A stretch of 64,000 nt of DNA, taken from the IMG/VR virus record IMGVR_UViG_3300021400_003815, one strand, 5' to 3'. Origin of the DNA: an uncultured virus (IMG/VR IMGVR_UViG_3300021400_003815) (Duplodnaviria; Heunggongvirae; Uroviricota; Caudoviricetes). The notes beneath the pieces are model-generated. The model saw only the letters and a program-made list of their open reading frames with translations. It was not told the origin of the DNA and made no database searches. A program made the translations under genes and the position numbers. Positions 58,869-64,000 of the stretch are shown one piece after another (position 1 is the first letter of the stretch; each line of letters begins with the position of its first letter).

Positions 58869-59560
58869 TTATTACCTGCTTCATACATATGTATATACTT
58901 ATTTACCAAATCTGTATCTTTCAAATCTTCTGATGTATGTTTTCTATTTTCATCCATATTATTCATAAATTTTATAGCCACACTTGTTTTTGTGAATGAA
59001 CTATCATCTTCCACATCAGAATAATATTCTTTATCATCTTTTATACAATTTAATATATTGTATATATTATTTTCTGTAGTGTCTACCTCATTTAGTTCTA
59101 ACAGTATATTATCTATAGTTCTAGTGTTAAGTAATTGATCTGAAGACTCCAACACACTTGTTGCCTTACTATCATTATATAGCTTTACACTTTTTACTAT
59201 ATAGCCAGTATTAAGTAAACCAGCAATTATATTTAATGCTATAAGACTTATTAATACACACTCAGCTGTATTCCTCTTAATAACATTGCTCTGTACAACC
59301 ATTATATAAGCTAATGTAGCAAGTATACAACATATAGCTGTATTTATATAGTTTGTTACATTGTTTATCATAATCATACTTGTTATAGCAGATATAAAAG
59401 CTGCTATAACAAAGTATTTTTGATTTACTTCATATAAATAACTTGCTTTATACAATATTACTATAGCTATCATAAGAAATGTTAGCTTATTTACAAATAC
59501 AGCTGGTATCAAAACTGACAATACTGTTAAAAAATTAATCTTATTATATCTAGTACTCAT
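58865..59560 (-). CDS. Multi-pass membrane protein
   Basis: Several N-terminal TM helices and a soluble C-terminus. Confidence 0.7.
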   Translation of the reverse strand: MSTRYNKINFLTVLSVLIPAVFVNKLTFLMIAIVILYKASYLYEVNQKYFVIAAFISAITSMIMINNVTNYINTAICCILATLAYIMVVQSNVIKRNTAECVLISLIALNIIAGLLNTGYIVKSVKLYNDSKATSVLESSDQLLNTRTIDNILLELNEVDTTENNIYNILNCIKDDKEYYSDVEDDSSFTKTSVAIKFMNNMDENRKHTSEDLKDTDLVNKYIHMYEAGNK

Positions 59561-59612
59561 TTATATTATCTTCCTAAAGCCATTATTTTAAATCTTGATT
59601 GCTCTCTTTATA

Positions 59613-61604
59613 CTAAGCCTGCTCTTGAGGTGCATTCTTACCTGGCTTTCTTCTGCCTATACCAGTGTTAGGATGTTCTTTCTTAAACTTCTCTCTGTTC
59701 ATTCCCTTCATAGCTGCACCATTACGAATTACAGAACCTAGATGAATAATTCTCTTAAATCTTCTCTGTTCATCCTTAAATAACTCTTCACTCTTATATA
59801 ACTCTTTAGCCTTATCACTAATATCGTCATAATTATCTTTTAACAGCTCAGGGTCTATATGTAAATCTCCAGTTCCATGTAAATGAACAAGTCTATGACA
59901 AGCTACACATAGCATAATTCCATTCTCTACAGTGTCTTTACCACCAAGATAAACTGGTAATATGTGATGATAGTCAAGAATATCTACAAACTGACTTCCA
60001 CCCTTCTTACAACACTGACATACTGAACCATCTCTAGCCATAACAGCTTTCTTAATAGCCGGGTCAATATATTCTCGCTCTCCAACTTTCTGCTTGTGAG
60101 CTTCATAACCAGGAGTATCATCAGCTTCTTTAGCTGCATCTGCAAGTGAAATATTGTCTGAATCACTATCCAACTGTGTAGGATCTATTGCTAAACTCTG
60201 TATCTGTTCATCAGTAAGAGCACTTCCTTCATCACCAGTCTCACCTGTTTCTTCAATAGCATCTGCACCGCTCTCTTCTGTATCCCCATAAACCTTAGCT
60301 GCTTTCTTAAGGTCTTTTTCTTCCTTACTCTCTTTAGAACGACGCTTTTCCAACTGTTTAAACGCTTGACCTATTGTCATTTGACCATTCATCATCTTAG
60401 TTACAATGTCCTCATCATCATCACTAAGAATATCCTTAAGTTTATTATAGTCACCATTATCTAACTCCATAAGGAACTCTATCAAACTAGGATTGGTTAT
60501 GTTTTTCTCTTTCTCAAGATACTCAATGTAATCAACAATATCTCTCATGGTATATTGCTTTTTATGATTGTACATTGCTTCAACAATAGGAATCTCAGCT
60601 GTTTTAATCTTATTATTAACTATAGCAGGCACATCAGTTATTCCAGCCTTAGCACAAGCAATAATTCTTCTGTATCCATCTATTAAAACATACATACCCT
60701 CAGTAGCAGTAGGAGCTACTACAATAGGATTCAGAAGACCAGTACTCTTAATACTCTGTAATAAATCTTCTACATTTACTCCAGACCTTACTCTCTTAGA
60801 TACACTTATTCTATCAAAAGGAAGTATCTTTAAATCAAAAGTATCTTCTACACTTCCTTTATTCATAACACTAAGGTTACCATCACTATCTAAGAATGAA
60901 CTATTACTCTCATCAGCTATATTATTTACATCATCTGATTCATCACTTTCACTCTCAGAACTCTCAGTCTCAGCTTCAGCATCTTCTGAAACTTCATTCT
61001 CTATATTAGAGTATCCTTCATCATCTACTTCTGACTCATTAAACCCTTCATCAGTTCCAGCTTCAAGTCCATCAGACTCGCTTAGCTCATCAGATTCCAA
61101 ATCACTACCACTTTCTGATTCACCAAGTCCATTAAAGTTCCAATCTTTATCTTCATAAGATTCACTTAACTCATCTTCTGACTCCAAGCCTTCACTGTCT
61201 GACTCACCCTCACTCTCATCTGCTTCTTCAAGTTCATCTAAATAGTAAGGATTTCCATTATCATCAAAACCTACTTCTCTACCTGATGTATCAAAGGTTC
61301 TACCATTATCATCTGTAAAATAATCAGTTGGTACACTATAATCTCCAGTGCCCTCTTCTTCACTATTTACATCTATATTAGCTGACCTAGCTAAATTATC
61401 TATGTCATCTATATCACCTAAGGAGTCAGACTCAATATTATCTAAGTCAATCTCTTCATCTTCAATAGCATCCCCATCATCAATATCTGCACCTTCATCT
61501 AGCTCATCTGAATCACCAAATCCAAATATTGAGCTATCATCTTCATCATCATTGAGTCTTAAACTTGTGCTATTGATATCTTCATTACTTACTTTCTTGT
61601 CCAT
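59613..61604 (-). CDS. ParB-like protein with acidic N-terminal tail and C-terminal HNH domain
   Basis: LLQSIKSTGLLNPIVV...LIDGYRRIIAC (ParB/Srx); RDGSVCQCC...DYHHILPVYLGGKDTVENGIMLCVACHRLVH (HNH). Confidence 0.85.
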   Translation of the reverse strand: MDKKVSNEDINSTSLRLNDDEDDSSIFGFGDSDELDEGADIDDGDAIEDEEIDLDNIESDSLGDIDDIDNLARSANIDVNSEEEGTGDYSVPTDYFTDDNGRTFDTSGREVGFDDNGNPYYLDELEEADESEGESDSEGLESEDELSESYEDKDWNFNGLGESESGSDLESDELSESDGLEAGTDEGFNESEVDDEGYSNIENEVSEDAEAETESSESESDESDDVNNIADESNSSFLDSDGNLSVMNKGSVEDTFDLKILPFDRISVSKRVRSGVNVEDLLQSIKSTGLLNPIVVAPTATEGMYVLIDGYRRIIACAKAGITDVPAIVNNKIKTAEIPIVEAMYNHKKQYTMRDIVDYIEYLEKEKNITNPSLIEFLMELDNGDYNKLKDILSDDDEDIVTKMMNGQMTIGQAFKQLEKRRSKESKEEKDLKKAAKVYGDTEESGADAIEETGETGDEGSALTDEQIQSLAIDPTQLDSDSDNISLADAAKEADDTPGYEAHKQKVGEREYIDPAIKKAVMARDGSVCQCCKKGGSQFVDILDYHHILPVYLGGKDTVENGIMLCVACHRLVHLHGTGDLHIDPELLKDNYDDISDKAKELYKSEELFKDEQRRFKRIIHLGSVIRNGAAMKGMNREKFKKEHPNTGIGRRKPGKNAPQEQA

Positions 61605-61721
61605 GTAACAATCTCCATATAACTAGATTAAAATTTTTTATTAAATACTATATCATTTACTACTAAAAGCTAACAATATAGACAATCTTTTAATCAAGTC
61701 TGACCTTACTACTCAAAATCC

Positions 61722-62939
61722 TTATCTATCCATCTCTGTTACTTTGTTACCATATCTGTCACAAAGACTTACACCTGTTTCACCACCAAATAAGAAGTAC
61801 ACTGTAGAACCAGGAAGTATATGTAATCTCTCCATTACTCCTACATTATACAATGGAACATTCTTTACTTCTGCTCCGTTACTTGTTCTCACTGGTGTTA
61901 CTATAGCCTTAGGAGTTATATACTTCTTACCATATATCCACTGTATTCTCTCTACAACTGATGTATAGACCTTTGTTCCCCACTTGGTTCCCATCTTCAA
62001 TGCGAAGTTACCTAACCAAGTATTACCATTTGGTCCTAATCCATAGAACTCAGCATCATTATTGATACCAACTACAATACCATCTGTATCATATGGAATT
62101 AACCCCTGCCTCTGTACATCCTCAAAGTACTCAATAATCTCATAGATTTTATCCTCGAAGTTATCAGCCCCTAAATCATCAAACTTCTTATAAATAGGAG
62201 TCTTAAATCCACACTCCTTGAGCTCTATAAACTCATCTTCAAGGCTATTGAAATGAAGATTGTCCAAATCATCACCAATGATAATCTTATAGCATACAAC
62301 ATCTAATAGCTGCATCTCAGCTTCACTAGCTGACTCTCTAATTAATGATGTTACTGCACTTAAAGGATTCTTAAGTATATGCTTAACCTTTTCAAAGTTT
62401 TCAAAACTTACAAGAGCCTCACCTCTAACCTCAAGAAGTTCTATATCTTTCCACTTGTCAACATATTCTGGCATAATGTTCTTAAGTGTTTTAGTTATGT
62501 CTCTACCCTTCTTAGTTCTGCCTCTTGTACTTCCACCTACAAGCTTTCCATACCTATATACAGCTCTAATGGCATGCCCATTAAGCTTTGTGCTAGCCAT
62601 CATAGTGTATCTCTTACCTGTTTTAACAAGAACATCCTTAAAATAATTAAGATCCTCAATATCCTTTATGGTATTTATACTCTTCATACCATAAACCTTT
62701 AGAATATCATCATATTCTGTAAAGTCCTCATCTTCAACTTCCCAGTTTCTTGTAAGTATCAAACTATCTGGCTTAAGTTCACTAAGAAGTTTTCTGTACA
62801 TATCATAAACTTCATCAGTTACTTCAGCATCTCCCATGCCAGCTGCATCCTGCAAATGTGCTACATAATTTTCCAGTGCATCCACATCAGTTCCAAATCC
62901 AAGCTCATTCAGTTTATCCATAAGATTCTCATTAATCAT
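61722..62939 (-). CDS. ligA: NAD-dependent DNA ligase, N-terminal half (Ia, adenylation and OB domains)
   Basis: VTDEVYD; MKSI; TKLNG...STRGR..GRDIT; LEVRGE; NP; YDTDGIVV; ALK; ITPKAIVTPV; LYN; ends after the OB domain. Confidence 0.85.
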   Translation of the reverse strand: MINENLMDKLNELGFGTDVDALENYVAHLQDAAGMGDAEVTDEVYDMYRKLLSELKPDSLILTRNWEVEDEDFTEYDDILKVYGMKSINTIKDIEDLNYFKDVLVKTGKRYTMMASTKLNGHAIRAVYRYGKLVGGSTRGRTKKGRDITKTLKNIMPEYVDKWKDIELLEVRGEALVSFENFEKVKHILKNPLSAVTSLIRESASEAEMQLLDVVCYKIIIGDDLDNLHFNSLEDEFIELKECGFKTPIYKKFDDLGADNFEDKIYEIIEYFEDVQRQGLIPYDTDGIVVGINNDAEFYGLGPNGNTWLGNFALKMGTKWGTKVYTSVVERIQWIYGKKYITPKAIVTPVRTSNGAEVKNVPLYNVGVMERLHILPGSTVYFLFGGETGVSLCDRYGNKVTEMDR

Positions 62940-62989
62940 TTCAGTATTTCCTCAATCTTCCAAATAATAAATTTATTTTACACCATATT

Positions 62990-63442
62990 CTACTTAAGAG
63001 CTTCAGATTTAACCACAACTAACCCTCTTGAAGCATCAATAATTGCATCATTAGGTACATTACTTACAAAGGTAGCCTTAGCAATTCTGTACTTATGTGT
63101 CCTAATTTCATCTCTGTATTTACTGTACAGTCTATTAAAATCATCCTTGAATATCATTCTATCCTGAGGAGTAATACCAGCATTCTTAATAAGCATTTCA
63201 TTTCTCTTTGCAAGTGCTGAAAGCTTAGCTGAAGCAGCAAGGTCACTTATATCAAGATCCTTCTGTCCTACTCTAGGTACAGTAGCCATATCCCTTTCTT
63301 CTTCATCAGCCTCTTCTGACTCTACATCAGTATCATCATCCAATTCATTTTCTATATACATAGATAGTGTTAAACAATCAGGACACATATTGTTTACTAA
63401 AACAACATCATCTTTACCACATACCTTACATTTACCTTTCAT
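62990..63442 (-). CDS. Zn-finger hypothetical protein
   Basis: CKVC...CPDC at the N-terminus; GAGGT RBS. Confidence 0.7.
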   Translation of the reverse strand: MKGKCKVCGKDDVVLVNNMCPDCLTLSMYIENELDDDTDVESEEADEEERDMATVPRVGQKDLDISDLAASAKLSALAKRNEMLIKNAGITPQDRMIFKDDFNRLYSKYRDEIRTHKYRIAKATFVSNVPNDAIIDASRGLVVVKSEALK

Positions 63443-63487
63443 AACAGTACCTCTTTATAAATCTATTTTTGTCTTAAGCTCTTAAAC

Positions 63488-63979
63488 TTACTTCTTTCTG
63501 GATTTTCTCCATATTATAGCATATATGTAATCATTACTATCTGCTATACTTGATATCATATGCTCTATAAGTACATTTGCATGAGATGTTGATTTAAACT
63601 TAAGTATTAATAATTTATCATCCTCACCCATATAATTGTATACATAGTTCTCAAATATTCCTCTTGAACCTATACTATAGAAAATAGCATCCTGCTTTCT
63701 AAGTACCTCAGGAACCTTAAATGAATCTATACACTCATAATACTGGTCTAAGAACTCATCATCAGTATCAGCTCCTATAAACTCTATGTTATATTTAAAA
63801 GGTTTAGCCTTTTTATGTGACTTTAATGCATCTTCATTATGCTCATTAGCTGCTAATCTTCCAACCCATGTCAATCCAAATGCATCCATTTCATCCTGAG
63901 TTAAAACCTCTAAGAAAGGAAGCATACTAAGTACTTTCTCACGTATAGCTTTCTTTTCTAACTCAGTATTACCTAACAA
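63488..63979 (-). CDS. Hypothetical protein (start uncertain, near window edge)
   Basis: 163-aa ORF. Confidence 0.6.
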   Translation of the reverse strand: MLGNTELEKKAIREKVLSMLPFLEVLTQDEMDAFGLTWVGRLAANEHNEDALKSHKKAKPFKYNIEFIGADTDDEFLDQYYECIDSFKVPEVLRKQDAIFYSIGSRGIFENYVYNYMGEDDKLLILKFKSTSHANVLIEHMISSIADSNDYIYAIIWRKSRKK

Positions 63980-64000
63980 TTTCTCATCAACAAACTTGCT

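Noticed and set aside
61722..61800. Split intein joining the ligase halves
   Set aside because: No intein N-terminal block after the OB domain and no His-Asn/Cys junction at the start of the C-terminal half
2396..63167. All plus-strand ORFs in the six-frame track, and the nested minus-strand ORF 59984-60166
   Set aside because: They overlap long minus-strand genes with RBSs and have shadow-like S/L/F/I-rich composition
1..64000. Stop-codon reassignment as in some large phages
   Set aside because: Standard code gives dense, full-length ORFs, and TAG, TGA and TAA all end credible genes

Overview
AT-rich segment of about 55 genes, all on the minus strand, read with the standard code and Firmicute-type RBSs. 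It looks like part of a very large extrachromosomal element (megaplasmid-like or jumbo-phage-like); a Clostridia/Lachnospiraceae host is inferred. I recognised no virion, rRNA, tRNA or CRISPR features. The central feature is a ~26.5 kb Tad/Flp-like pilus or secretion locus (30320-56806). It encodes a 3508-aa exported Gly-rich protein, a degenerate M23 protein, CpaB-like, CpaE-like, TadA ATPase and fused TadB/C-like proteins, and seven leaderless pilin-like proteins; a free-standing homing endonuclease interrupts it. The locus lies between the two halves of a split NAD-dependent DNA ligase, 31.5 kb apart. Also present: isolated host-type genes (smpB, hflK/hflC, gmk, HPr-like, RNase H-like, NlpC/P60), a ParB-HNH fusion, LRR proteins, a recurring ~55-aa module, several apparent pseudo-enzymes, a candidate sRNA, a candidate structured leader RNA and two non-coding repeat arrays. 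All product calls come from motif recognition by eye; no database search was run.
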